Shown piece after piece: positions 30,500 to 40,289 of a stretch of DNA of 64,000 bases (position 1 is the stretch's first letter; each line of letters opens with the position of its first letter). Source of the stretch: Cyanobacteriota bacterium (GTDB lineage Bacteria; Cyanobacteriota; Cyanobacteriia; PCC-6307; Cyanobiaceae); NCBI GenBank assembly GCA_046052125.1, contig JBJOMY010000001.1, positions 576,001-640,000 on the forward strand, given 5' to 3'. Under the pieces are notes generated by a model. The model made no database searches. It was given only the letters and a program-made list of their open reading frames with translations, and was not told the DNA's origin. The position numbers and the translations under genes are program-made.

Positions 30500-30669
30500 C
30501 GCCGGTGCTACAGGGCTTGGGCTTAAGGGTGAGGCGTGCAACGCCATACACCAGATCGGTGGGCTGGCTTGGCGGGACCAGTTAATCGGGATCAGTGCCA
30601 TGGTGTCCCTAAGGCAGGTTGTCCACCGTGTCATCTGGATTCAACGGTGAGCACACCGATCACCGCCAT
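30500..30669 (-). pseudogene. Decayed paralogue of the 33724..34239 exported protein
   Basis: 30640-30669 matches 33988-34017 at 29/30 nt (MAVIGVLT). Downstream TVDNLP*...TDLVYGVARLTLKPKPCSTG aligns with TVKSLPKTTNLRSGVVQLTLQPGPCRTG but has stops and a frame break. Confidence 0.7.
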
Positions 30670-30731
30670 GCCCGGTGGTCTTCAGCGGACCAGCCGCTGA
30701 TCGTGGGGCCATTTCGGTCCCCATCAGCAAC

Positions 30732-31064
30732 TCATTCGCCGTCACCCAGGAACGTCAGGGATCCGGCTGGGACCCAGAGATTGCGGCCGGTTTGACCGGG
30801 ATAGCCAACCCGGCACCAGGTGAGATCGCCACTGGCTTTGCAGCCCAGTTTGTTCACTACTTCACCGGAGACACCCATGCCGCTGATCGGTGCACCGAAA
30901 TCGGGCCGTGCGTAGAGCGTCACCGTGGACTGCCCATTTCCATTGAGCTTCACTTTGCTCTGGCCCTCTGCTTCAGCAGCGGAAGCCAGCGACACGGCTG
31001 AAACACCGCTCAGCAGAAGGACAGCTGCCAGTCGTAAACGGAGACCCACGTTCTGATTGTTCAT
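30732..31064 (-). CDS. Exported SH3b-like domain protein
   Basis: Signal peptide followed by LYARP..GAPI...GEVV..LGC....WCRV.Y....LWV, the pattern of bacterial SH3 domains. Confidence 0.7.
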   Translation of the reverse strand: MNNQNVGLRLRLAAVLLLSGVSAVSLASAAEAEGQSKVKLNGNGQSTVTLYARPDFGAPISGMGVSGEVVNKLGCKASGDLTWCRVGYPGQTGRNLWVPAGSLTFLGDGE

Positions 31065-31262
31065 CGCAGCGCCATTCTGACAAGCCGCGCAGTTGTTACC
31101 CCGTGACGTGCCGGGATCTGGGGTGCTCTTCTTTTTCGTAGTGATACTTCAGGCACCACCATGAGAGTTAGAAGTAGACCACTGAGCGAACAGACGCTCC
31201 AGTCGCTCGCTTCACAATGCGAGAGGTCTACGCCAAGCTAAGCAAAGACTCCATGCCAAACC

Positions 31263-31622
31263 ATGCTCACTCGACCAATCCTGATCCTGACGGTGGCGTC
31301 ATCGGGTTGCGCCGCCCTGGCCGCTTCCGCGCAACCTTTTCAGCTAGCACCTGAATCAACAGTGCACTACACCTGTGCCGGCGGCAACCACGTTGTGGCT
31401 CGCTACAGCGGGCTCAGTGATGGGAGCCTGAACTTTGTGCGGTTGACCCTTCCTAAGGGTCAACAAATCACCTTGCCTCAGGTTGCTTCTGGTTCGGGAG
31501 CACGCTTCAGCGCTGATCAGGATGTGACCTGGTGGAGCAAGGGAACAGGGGGATTCCTGCAGCGGCGAGATGCGAATGGGCAATGGCAAATCAGCCTGGA
31601 TTCCTGCGTCCAGCAGCGCTGA
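31263..31622 (+). CDS. mliC: MliC/PliC family c-type lysozyme inhibitor
   Basis: Signal peptide, then YTC, LPQVASGSGARF and WWSKG motifs and a C-terminal Cys, all typical of MliC/PliC. Confidence 0.88.
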   Translation: MLTRPILILTVASSGCAALAASAQPFQLAPESTVHYTCAGGNHVVARYSGLSDGSLNFVRLTLPKGQQITLPQVASGSGARFSADQDVTWWSKGTGGFLQRRDANGQWQISLDSCVQQR

Positions 31623-31645
31623 TGCTCCTCAACTAGCCCCTGTCG

Positions 31646-31984
31646 TCAGTCGACCTTGGTGACGTTTCCCTTCCCGTCCACGTAACAGGCACCCTTCAGT
31701 GCCGAGCCGTCGGGGAAGGGGCGCTCCCAGTTGTAAATCAAGCCATACTGCTTGATGTCTTTGAGTGTCATCTCGCCAGCATCAATGCTCGAGCGAGTGG
31801 TGGCGCTCAAGCTGACGCGAATATCAGCCATGGAGGCATTGGATACACGTTCTGCAATAGCGTTTTTGCAGTTGCGACCCCACGCTCCAATGCGAGCTTC
31901 AATCTGGGCTGATGGGTCTGCGGCGAGAGCGGGCACAGCGGCGCCTGCCAATGCGACGATCAGACCCAGGGATGCAAGACGCAT
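31646..31984 (-). CDS. Exported hypothetical protein (two Cys)
   Basis: Clear signal peptide MRLASLGLIVALAGAAVPALA; 112 aa. Confidence 0.7.
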   Translation of the reverse strand: MRLASLGLIVALAGAAVPALAADPSAQIEARIGAWGRNCKNAIAERVSNASMADIRVSLSATTRSSIDAGEMTLKDIKQYGLIYNWERPFPDGSALKGACYVDGKGNVTKVD

Positions 31985-32398
31985 TGTTGTTCACACTAGA
32001 AGAGATTGATGAATTTGTAGCTGACTATCCCTTGCTCTGTCAACCCATAGGGCTTCCATCTCAAAGATTAGTTGTGCTCTGAAGATGGCGCGTTGTATGA
32101 CATCTTGTGTCGAGTCTGGCGTCCTTCTTGCAGGGAGATAGTGAGGGAGAAATTCTGATTCGCTATCTCCGCGGCATGGGCCGCGACCAGGATCGCTCCC
32201 AGCCGAGATCCGCTTTGCAGTCTGCCGCCAAAGAGCAGGCCATCACACCGACGATTCAGAACCCGATCACACCCATGGGGCCTACGCAAGCAACGGTTGA
32301 GCCTTCGAAATGGCTCGGACTGCTGTCAGCAACCCTGCATTCTCTTTGCAGACAGCGGCGCTCAAGCGACCTAGAACGATGTGGTTCGCGCATTCAAC

Positions 32399-32758
32399 AT
32401 GCTTCGCCAAACCTTTGCTGCCTTCGTCGCTGGAGCAGCCCTGGGCGGTGGATTGGCTGTGCTGCCGGTTTCCGCTGAGGTGTCACTCGACCAGATCCGT
32501 GCCGCCAACTTGGCGCGTATGGAGGCTGAGCGCATCAATGGCGGTCTGAGCAAGTACTCCACAGCCAACTGCATGCACCAGAAGGGTGGCGGGAGCTGCA
32601 TGGTGAATGCCGGTCCCAGTGGCTTCCTGTTCAACTTCCTCGGAGGCCCTCCGGGCTGGGAGGTGAACAAGCAGGCCGCCACCAAGGAAACCCGCATCCT
32701 GATCTCACCGGATGGCACCCGCGTGGTGAAGGTGGATTACAACGGCGCACCGCGCTGA
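32399..32758 (+). CDS. Exported hypothetical protein
   Basis: Signal peptide MLRQTFAAFVAGAALGGGLAVLPVSA, a Cys pair and an FLGGPPGWE motif. Confidence 0.7.
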   Translation: MLRQTFAAFVAGAALGGGLAVLPVSAEVSLDQIRAANLARMEAERINGGLSKYSTANCMHQKGGGSCMVNAGPSGFLFNFLGGPPGWEVNKQAATKETRILISPDGTRVVKVDYNGAPR

Positions 32759-32811
32759 AGACAAACGCCCAACATTGGGCGCTTCACCGCCAGGCCTGCC
32801 TCTTTTCACGC

Positions 32812-33279
32812 TCATGGCGTCTGTCGCGCTGGGAGATCTGTGCAGGCCTCTTTCAGCACTTGGATGTAGTCGTTGGCTTTCAGCTGCGCCATCGCACGCG
32901 CTTCTGCTTCCCGTTGCCAACGATCGGGCTGCACCAGGGCCTGTAGCTCGATCCGGTCGTCGCGACTGAGGCGAGCCTCGATCTGCTCGGGGCGGAGCCA
33001 CTGTTGCCCCTGCAGGCACAGGCTTTGCACCAGATGCCAGCCCTCATGGCGCAGGGTTCTGCTGCGATCGCCACGCTCACAGACCACCACCGTGCGTGTG
33101 CCGCGCACGTAGAGGCCGTAGAGATCGGGCTCTTGGCAGCGGGGGTGAGCGCTGCTGATCGTCACACCGCGCTCCTGGAAGGCGGCCAGCAACTGACTCC
33201 AGGCCGCCTGATCCGTACGTTCGGACGGACGGAAGAAGGGCAGGCGCAAAACAAAGGCCAGGGCCAGCAGTGCTTGCAT
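32812..33279 (-). CDS. Small HExxH (zincin-like) protein
   Basis: RHEGWHLVQ motif plus downstream REAEAR. The start overlaps the upstream gene's stop (TGATG). Confidence 0.65.
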   Translation of the reverse strand: MQALLALAFVLRLPFFRPSERTDQAAWSQLLAAFQERGVTISSAHPRCQEPDLYGLYVRGTRTVVVCERGDRSRTLRHEGWHLVQSLCLQGQQWLRPEQIEARLSRDDRIELQALVQPDRWQREAEARAMAQLKANDYIQVLKEACTDLPARQTP

Positions 33280-33704
33280 CAGTGCCCTCCTGTTCTGCGT
33301 GAGAGCTCCTTAATCCGAGGAGACCAGGCCTGGGCGACAGCCAAAGCGGTGGGATCGTTCTCGACCGGCTGCCAACCCCTCGAGACGTTGCCTGGCACGC
33401 GGGTATCGCCGATGCGGTTGAAGCTTCTGTCGCGGCAATCGAGCTGATCACGAAAGAAGGAATGCATTGAACCAGCGGGTGTACCTCCGACCAGGGTCGG
33501 TGGGCTGGAGCCCTGTAGCCAGCAGCTGCCCTGACGGCACTGGAACGTGCCCGGATTGCCTGGATTCAGGCGTGCCGGAGTGGCTGGCCACTCGATCACA
33601 GTGCGCCCCTGATCACCGTTCAGGTGGAGTTGGTGCAGAGAGCTGGCGTCGTAGCTGTACGGGCTCGGTATGCCGGATCTGTTCCACAGAGGTGTTGTCA
33701 GCAT
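33279..33704 (-). CDS. Hypothetical protein
   Basis: ORF from ATG 33704 whose stop is coupled to the next gene. The start is uncertain. Confidence 0.5.
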   Translation of the reverse strand: MLTTPLWNRSGIPSPYSYDASSLHQLHLNGDQGRTVIEWPATPARLNPGNPGTFQCRQGSCWLQGSSPPTLVGGTPAGSMHSFFRDQLDCRDRSFNRIGDTRVPGNVSRGWQPVENDPTALAVAQAWSPRIKELSRRTGGH

Positions 33705-33723
33705 CAGCGCCGTGTGTGTTTGG

Positions 33724-34239
33724 TCACTGCGGTGATTGGGACGGCTGGAAGGCGCCGAAGTAACCGGTTGGCTTCCCTGTGGCATCCAGAGTGACCACCT
33801 CCAGGGCATGGCTCCCATCGAGAGGCATGCCGAGCTGGAGGACGGCAGTACCAGTGCGGCATGGCCCGGGCTGCAACGTGAGTTGCACCACGCCAGAGCG
33901 CAGGTTGGTCGTCTTGGGCAGAGATTTCACCGTGTAATCGCTGTCGCAGATGCCATTGGCTTGATTGCCCCAGCGGATGCGGTTGGGTTCAAGGGTGAGC
34001 ACACCGATCACCGCCATTCCTGCAGTGGTGAGGCCCTGCCAGCGCCCCAGATAAACGTTGTCTGTTGCCCAGCCAGGGGGCTTAGGGATCGCGGGGCTGT
34101 GGTTAGCGCGATAGGCCTTCATGGCACCGCCATAGATGGCACCGATCAGATAGCCGCTGCCGTGATACACAGCGGCGGTGAGCCCTGCGGCGATCACAAG
34201 GGCCCACAGCAAGCGCTTCCTGAACGTTTTTGTTACCAA
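33724..34239 (-). CDS. Membrane-anchored/exported hypothetical protein
   Basis: Basic N-terminus plus hydrophobic helix, and a Cys pair. The TTG start overlaps the autotransporter stop. Confidence 0.6.
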   Translation of the reverse strand: MVTKTFRKRLLWALVIAAGLTAAVYHGSGYLIGAIYGGAMKAYRANHSPAIPKPPGWATDNVYLGRWQGLTTAGMAVIGVLTLEPNRIRWGNQANGICDSDYTVKSLPKTTNLRSGVVQLTLQPGPCRTGTAVLQLGMPLDGSHALEVVTLDATGKPTGYFGAFQPSQSPQ

Positions 34240-37200
34240 CGCAGCCTCAGGCCAGCGCCGTAGTTGATTTCATTGCCATTGCTCCAGAAGGCACCACCTA
34301 CGTTGCCATAAAGAGAAAGGGTGTCTGAGGTTTCGTATTCGAGCGACAGGGCCACATCCACGGCATTGGCTCCGCGGTTCTGGCCGAGTACATCGATGGA
34401 GCCAAGAGCGGGCGCCTCCGCAAAGGAAGAGCTGAGTTGGTGCTCCTCGCTCGTGTCGCCATTGAAGTCGTATTCGTAGCCCACGGCCAGGCGCGGGATC
34501 AGGCGTGAGGTCTTACCGGTGATGATCGGCGTTTCCAGCGAGAAGCCGATGCCGTAGATGAGGGAGTCGGCGGTGTGGGCATCCACCTGTAAATCGAGGG
34601 CACCGGCACCGGATTCGGAGAAGCTGCCCTGGTTGTGAAGGGCATAAGAGAGGTAGGTGCGCGGCTTAAGGCGAACGGCTGAGCGGCTGGCTTTGTTGGC
34701 CGAGAGGATCCAGTCGTATTCAGCGGCGAGGGCGGTGGTGAAACCATTACCACTCCAGTTGGCAGTGGCGTTGCGGTTGAGTCCGCCAAAGCTGATGTTG
34801 CGATCAGAGCTGTATTGGAGGTTCATGTAGCCAGCGAGGGCCGTGAACTTCCAGGCTTCTGAGGGCCTGTAGATCCCCCAGGCAGCTCCGGAGTAGGTGT
34901 CGGAATCGATGCGGGTGCTGCTGTATTCGTAGTTGTAGAGGTTGGCGCGACCGTAGCCAAAGGCAGCGCCTGCACTCCAGTTGGGGTTGAAGTCGTACTG
35001 GAGGCCGTAGGAGCTGGAGAAGATGTTGTAGTCGAAGGAAGCGAGATCGTTGGTGCCGTTGAGTGTGGCCTGGGTGTTGGAACCGTCGATCAGGAGCGAC
35101 CAAGGGGTGAGCTTTTGGCGGGTGACGGGGGTGCAATTGTCCGTCTGCAGCTGAGAGTTCTCTGCTGCTGGATCTGATTGCTCAGGTGCCTCGCAGGCTT
35201 GCTCCTCCACAATGAACGGAAGGCGCTGGCTGTTGGTGAGGGCGAGGGTGTTGGAGCGGAACTGCTCGAGCGCTTCTAGCGCCACAGATTGCATCGAGGC
35301 GTAGGGCTCTGCGGTAATCGAGTGGAGCGCCTGATTGAGTTGTTGGCGTGTCGGTACAGCGAAGAGTGCACCGATGACGGTTGCGAAGTCGTCGGGCACC
35401 AGCGCCGCCTTGGCTTGAGTGGTGGTGTAGCCCGTTGTTCCGATCGCTGAACCGCCGGTGACTCCTGAGGTCACAGCAGCACCGATCGAGGCCCAGCCTG
35501 CATCGAGCGTCTTCGCGGTGGTCACCGTGTTTTTGTTGTGGCCTCCAGAACCCGTACCTTTTTTGTTTTGCTGCTGGCAGTTGGCCTGCGATCCACCGTT
35601 AGCGACACATGTGTTGGTGTTGGTGGCTGGTTTACTACTCGAGGCGGTTGTGATCGATCCACCAATCTTCTTCATGGAGTTGATCGTGGGCTTACCTGGA
35701 GTGGCATAGCTAGCCGGATTGATCGGTGTATTGGTTTTAGGATCAAGGGTCAGCCAAGCAAACTGCAGCTTTGTACAGCCTTGTTGCACACTCGGATCAC
35801 TACTTGTACAGATGCTGTAGTACTCACTGGCGCGTTTTCCAATCGTGGCGAACCATGGATTCGTCTCTCGCACAAAAGCCGTACCCGATGAGCCCACGAC
35901 GTTGAGATTGGTATTCAGGCCCAACTCACCGCCAAATGGATTATTACCCGTGACATCAATGGCGGTATAGATCTTGCCAGGAGTAACGGACGCACCGTTG
36001 ACCGAGCTGATATTGAGATTACCACCTAGCAAGATGAGCTCATTGTCACCGCCAATTTTGAGGGTGTCAGACGTCGTACCGTCAACTTGAATCTCTAGAG
36101 TTCCACTAGAAAGCTGAGCATAACTTCCATTGATCGTTAGCGTTCCGAGTTGATTGACTGCCCCAGGCGCCACCTTGCCGAAGTTAAACACATCGCCGGT
36201 GATCGTTCCGGTTCCACCGAGAATGCCACCAGGCTTCACAGTGGTCGTCGAGGACTGGCTAGCGCCATTGATAACAAGGGTTCCAGCGTCAACCGTCGTC
36301 TCACCTGTGTACGTGAGCGTTCCGGAAAGATATTGAGTGAATGCCCCCTTTTTAACCAAGCTGCCTGTTCCGCTAATGGCAGCACTTGAAGCGATCTGAG
36401 ACGCACCGTTCGAGCTGCCATTCAAGGTCAGCGTGTTTGGGCCTAGATCAATGGCTCCATCCAGAGTGATTGCCGATACTGACTGATTGAAACCATCCAG
36501 GGATAGATTGGCGCCACTAACAAGAACAAGCTCGGTTGTAGTAGGGAGGGCGTTGTCTGCGCCGATCTTGAGAGTTACACCTGAAAAGACGGCCGTCAGC
36601 CCTGTATAAGTACTTTGATTGGTCAAAACTATTGTGGCTGGAGATCCTGAATTCTTGAATATGATTCGGCCCTTACCTGCTTGATCAGAGAAGATGCCGC
36701 TGAACGTGGCGCTGTTGCCTGCGAGGTCAACGGCATTCCTCGGCGAGCTATCAAGTGTGAAGTTCTGAACGATTGTGCCGTTATTCTGATCGACTGTGAG
36801 AGTTCCGCCTTGGAAGGCAGGATTGATGCTACTGCCAAGATTTGTCGTTAAGTTGATTCCGCTACCGCCATTGACATTCCCCGTGATCTCGATCGGGAGC
36901 GACTGTGGCGCTGGGGCTGAAGATAGGAATATTGCTGCTAAATCCTGGTTATTACGAAGTAATGTTGATGCTCCGACAGTTCTGGCTTGATTCAGACTGC
37001 CGTCCCATACCTCGCCAGCAACGCTAAAAAAGTTACTGAAACCAGAATATTCCCAGAAAAACGTTGCTCCAAGGCCATTCATGAGCCCCAAGTCGTCTTC
37101 AAATGCAATTGCAAGCTTTCTGGCAAGCTGTTGATTTCGCTTAGTTGGCCCGCTCCCTGATATGAAATTGGCGTCCTGTACTGATGTAAATATTCTTGAG

Positions 37201-37331
37201 GTATAGGTGTACGAAGTTCCGTCGACGACTTTGGTGACCGGATTGGCTACTTGGGCGAAGAGCGGATTCTCGCAGGTCGCGAGAGTTGAGAACAGAATGG
37301 AAGCAAGGAGTCTCTTCTTTTTCATGTGCAT
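34233..37331 (-). CDS. Autotransporter (type Va) with PATR repeats and C-terminal beta-barrel
   Basis: 1032 aa with a signal peptide, PATR-like SGTGSLVKKGAFTQYLSGTLTYTGETTVDAGTL, and alternating aromatic barrel strands ending YGAGLRLRW. Confidence 0.92.
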   Translation of the reverse strand: MHMKKKRLLASILFSTLATCENPLFAQVANPVTKVVDGTSYTYTSRIFTSVQDANFISGSGPTKRNQQLARKLAIAFEDDLGLMNGLGATFFWEYSGFSNFFSVAGEVWDGSLNQARTVGASTLLRNNQDLAAIFLSSAPAPQSLPIEITGNVNGGSGINLTTNLGSSINPAFQGGTLTVDQNNGTIVQNFTLDSSPRNAVDLAGNSATFSGIFSDQAGKGRIIFKNSGSPATIVLTNQSTYTGLTAVFSGVTLKIGADNALPTTTELVLVSGANLSLDGFNQSVSAITLDGAIDLGPNTLTLNGSSNGASQIASSAAISGTGSLVKKGAFTQYLSGTLTYTGETTVDAGTLVINGASQSSTTTVKPGGILGGTGTITGDVFNFGKVAPGAVNQLGTLTINGSYAQLSSGTLEIQVDGTTSDTLKIGGDNELILLGGNLNISSVNGASVTPGKIYTAIDVTGNNPFGGELGLNTNLNVVGSSGTAFVRETNPWFATIGKRASEYYSICTSSDPSVQQGCTKLQFAWLTLDPKTNTPINPASYATPGKPTINSMKKIGGSITTASSSKPATNTNTCVANGGSQANCQQQNKKGTGSGGHNKNTVTTAKTLDAGWASIGAAVTSGVTGGSAIGTTGYTTTQAKAALVPDDFATVIGALFAVPTRQQLNQALHSITAEPYASMQSVALEALEQFRSNTLALTNSQRLPFIVEEQACEAPEQSDPAAENSQLQTDNCTPVTRQKLTPWSLLIDGSNTQATLNGTNDLASFDYNIFSSSYGLQYDFNPNWSAGAAFGYGRANLYNYEYSSTRIDSDTYSGAAWGIYRPSEAWKFTALAGYMNLQYSSDRNISFGGLNRNATANWSGNGFTTALAAEYDWILSANKASRSAVRLKPRTYLSYALHNQGSFSESGAGALDLQVDAHTADSLIYGIGFSLETPIITGKTSRLIPRLAVGYEYDFNGDTSEEHQLSSSFAEAPALGSIDVLGQNRGANAVDVALSLEYETSDTLSLYGNVGGAFWSNGNEINYGAGLRLRW

Positions 37332-37740
37332 TTTTTGGTTTATACTACTGGGAGGTTGGCAGTCTTGTCGATAAATGACTGATTTTTACTTGTAAACGCC
37401 TAGGCCTTGCGCCCGCTAGATCTGTAGAGCGGAGTGCTAGGGAGTCACCGCAATAACCCCCGTTTTTCTGAGCAAGTCGCAGGACACGCCAGGTTTGGTT
37501 TTTCCTCAGAGTGCTTTGAATGGTGTTCAGCCCTATGTGGCGACACATTATTGTCCAGTCATTTGACAGGCTCTGATAACTCCCACCGAATTGGCAAAGC
37601 AAGGCACAGTCAGTCTTGCCTGCAAGGTAGGTGTTGGTTCAACTTTGCTTGATGAGTGCCTTCGCCACCTAACGCGCACGCCGGCATCTGCGAAACATTG
37701 GTTCGCGTGATGGCAGGCTGTTTGGGTGCAACAATCTTGC

Positions 37741-38319
37741 TCAATAACTATTGCTGCTCACCGGCTTGAACTGCCAGCTGGCTTCTCCAGGCACCAGCTT
37801 GTAGGTGATCGTGCGAATCCCGCCCGTCGGCTTGGCATTGCTGTCGCCGGGGCGGTAGATGGGGAATTTGCGCATCAGGCTGGTTTCCACCACGGCAAAG
37901 CTGTCATGGCCCATGTAGCCCTTGGCCCACTTGCCGGTGAGTTCAGGCATGTTGATTGGCAGGAGCGTGTGGCCTTTGCTCACGGTCCAGGCCTTCACGC
38001 TGCCGTAGCTGCCGCTGCCCGCGCTCGTGGCATAAACCAGGAGTTCAGGCTTGCCGTCGCTGTTGAGATCCTCCACTTCTATTCCCGTGACCCGCCCGTC
38101 GGTTTCAGTCTTCACCGTGGGTAAGGACTTGCCGTTTTCGCTCGCTTTCACCACCAGCTGCTGCAGTGAGCCCTCTCCGGTTGCTTTCACCTGAAAGGTC
38201 ACACCCTGCAAGGAAGCGCTCTGTTGAAACGGTGCGGCCTGAACCGCCGATACCAGGCTCAGGCCAATGCTGGCAGCGAGCAGCCCAGGCAGCAGCGATT
38301 GGCGACTGGAAAGTGTCAT
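37741..38319 (-). CDS. pliI: PliI family i-type (invertebrate) lysozyme inhibitor
   Basis: Signal peptide from ATG 38319, then DGRV..IEVEDLNSDGKPELLVY.TSAGSGSYG, GYMGHD and a YKLVPGEA tail. Confidence 0.78.
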   Translation of the reverse strand: MTLSSRQSLLPGLLAASIGLSLVSAVQAAPFQQSASLQGVTFQVKATGEGSLQQLVVKASENGKSLPTVKTETDGRVTGIEVEDLNSDGKPELLVYATSAGSGSYGSVKAWTVSKGHTLLPINMPELTGKWAKGYMGHDSFAVVETSLMRKFPIYRPGDSNAKPTGGIRTITYKLVPGEASWQFKPVSSNSY

Positions 38320-38386
38320 CGGGTGCGTGTGGCTCAACCCACTCTGGTTGCTGTGAGCCCAGTTGCAATCACCTGGTTGGGGGATG

Positions 38387-38611
38387 TCACGTCTTGCGTT
38401 TGGCAGCCGTGATCCCTGCTCCGACAAGGCTGACACTGCTAGCCAGGAGGAGCACTGCGCTCGTTGGGATCAGAAAAAATGGTTCACGCAGAACGCCTTG
38501 CTGGTCAATTTTTGAGCCAATCGCTTTGTAGCTTAGTTGGCAGGCCAGGAACCCGGCAAAGAGGATTCCGGACAGGATCAGCAGTCTCTGGGGCTGAGTG
38601 ACACCTTTCAT
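38387..38611 (-). CDS. DUF3955-like small membrane protein
   Basis: Two hydrophobic helices flanking GSKIDQQGVLREPFFLIP. Confidence 0.7.
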   Translation of the reverse strand: MKGVTQPQRLLILSGILFAGFLACQLSYKAIGSKIDQQGVLREPFFLIPTSAVLLLASSVSLVGAGITAAKRKT

Positions 38612-38651
38612 GACTGATCTGCTCTGGTGACTGGGAGGCGGGCTCAAGATG

Positions 38652-39008
38652 TCACATCTTTGATCCGGCCGCTGCATTGAGTGCTTTGCGTTGATCGCCG
38701 AGGCAAACCAGGGTCTCACCTCCTGCCATGGCACTGATTGCGATGCATCCAGACCCGCTCTTGTACGTCCAGCCCTGCGCATCACCTGATCCATTCACGA
38801 TGTAGCGCTCATTGGTGTCACCGTTGTCAACAAAAATGGGGCGACCTGTTTCACCGTTCTGCATCCAGCGGCAATGGAAGAGTGCTGCCGGCAGATCAGT
38901 TGACTTGATGGTGCATGTTGCTCGGTATGACTCTCGGGTAGACTGAGCCAATGAGACCGGTGCCCAGAGAAGAATCGCAGCAGCGATAAGATTGGCGCGC
39001 TTCATCAT
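38652..39008 (-). CDS. Exported hypothetical protein (four Cys)
   Basis: Signal peptide MKRANLIAAAILLWAPVSLA. Confidence 0.65.
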   Translation of the reverse strand: MMKRANLIAAAILLWAPVSLAQSTRESYRATCTIKSTDLPAALFHCRWMQNGETGRPIFVDNGDTNERYIVNGSGDAQGWTYKSGSGCIAISAMAGGETLVCLGDQRKALNAAAGSKM

Positions 39009-39155
39009 CGTTTCCGCTTGCTTTGTTGGCAGGCTTAGCTTTTGGTTCTTAGGGTAGCGATAGTGGTTGGCGATGTCTGTTACAGCCCCTGGGAAGCGTA
39101 ACGATCTCAGGCTTGGTCAGTTGGAGGCAATGCACCTGGGCTGTCGACCTGTGGC

Positions 39156-39183
39156 AAAAAGCCCCGGGCCGTAGCCCAAGGCT
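39156..39183 (-). terminator. Intrinsic terminator
   Basis: Minus strand reads AGCCUUGGGC-UACG-GCCCGGGGCU-UUUU: a C(UACG)G tetraloop hairpin plus U tract, just after the 39213 stop. Confidence 0.8.
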
Positions 39184-39212
39184 CATGTGGTGTGCGGCTG
39201 TCTGATTGCCGG

Positions 39213-39515
39213 TCAGCTCTTGGCCGCCCGCACCTCCCAGAACGCCGCCCCCACGCTGTAACTGGCGGCGCCGCTCTGCTGTTCGTAGCTCTGGCGTGCC
39301 TTGAGTTGGCATTCGATCTCTTTGCACTCAATCGAGTAGCTCCACTGCTTGCGGCCGGGGCGAGGGTTGAGACCGAGATCCGGAGTGATCTGGTAGCCAG
39401 TGCCGTCTTTACCGGTAGGCAGGAGGGTGAGCAGATCACCGCGTAGGTGCGCCAGGCGCAGTTGTTCGTTCAGTTCTTTCTGCTCGTTTGCCAGGAGCTC
39501 CTGCTGTTGCTTCAC
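39213..39515 (-). CDS. Hypothetical protein (possibly 5'-truncated)
   Basis: 100-aa ORF with a coiled-coil-like start, followed by a strong terminator. Confidence 0.5.
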   Translation of the reverse strand: MKQQQELLANEQKELNEQLRLAHLRGDLLTLLPTGKDGTGYQITPDLGLNPRPGRKQWSYSIECKEIECQLKARQSYEQQSGAASYSVGAAFWEVRAAKS

Positions 39516-40289
39516 CTCAAAAAGGGCAGGTCAGGCAACTGGTGATGGTGTTAGTGGAGGAATGGTGGCTCCTGTTTTGGCCTCATGCCGCAGTATCTGG
39601 AGTGGGCGCTGGGCTGCGAAGGAGAGCGATGTCAAAAAACCGACGAGAGATCGGATTAATCAATAGGCCTGAATACGGTTCCAAAAAACCTGTGAGATTT
39701 CCCGAGCTACTGCTCAGATGGAAGATAACCAGCCATCGGGGCGGGGGAGGTCTGCACTCAAGCGCCGGAACCGACACCCAGAGTTGAGGCTCTGTCAGCT
39801 AGTGTAGAAGCAAGCTTTATCTGTTCCAGGATCAGGTGCCATAACCAGGCCCATGATCTCTTTGAACAACAAGCCCCTCCAATCCTGTCGCCCCGATTGA
39901 GTTCTCAGGGATTGAGCTCCAGCGGGGCACGCGCAAAGCACGCAAATGGGCTCACCCCGTAGCGCCCCGTTCAGCCTCAGCCCACCGGATCAACGCCCAC
40001 CATTCCGGCACCGACGTCCTCAGATACCCGCACAGCACAAGCCGATCGAACAGCTATCTACAGCTGGATCGTTGCGCTAGCGAATCGACATCAGAGCCAG
40101 CCGCCGCACAGCCTCATCGGTGGGAGGGGGGGGGGGGGACGCGGTGAACCACGGCCGCAAGCCAAGACCCGGACCCAACAACCCTCAACTGCCCACTTGC
40201 CTGGGGGTTTTGTTGTCTCAGCACCGCTGAGCTCAGGTGGGAGGCCTTCATCGGGTACGGCAAGGTGGGGCTTTCGTGCCAGCTGATCG

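Noticed and set aside
39520..40280. Possible ncRNA or gene in the long intergenic region
   Set aside because: Only a weak hairpin near 40180-40215 and no recognisable RNA family or credible ORF.
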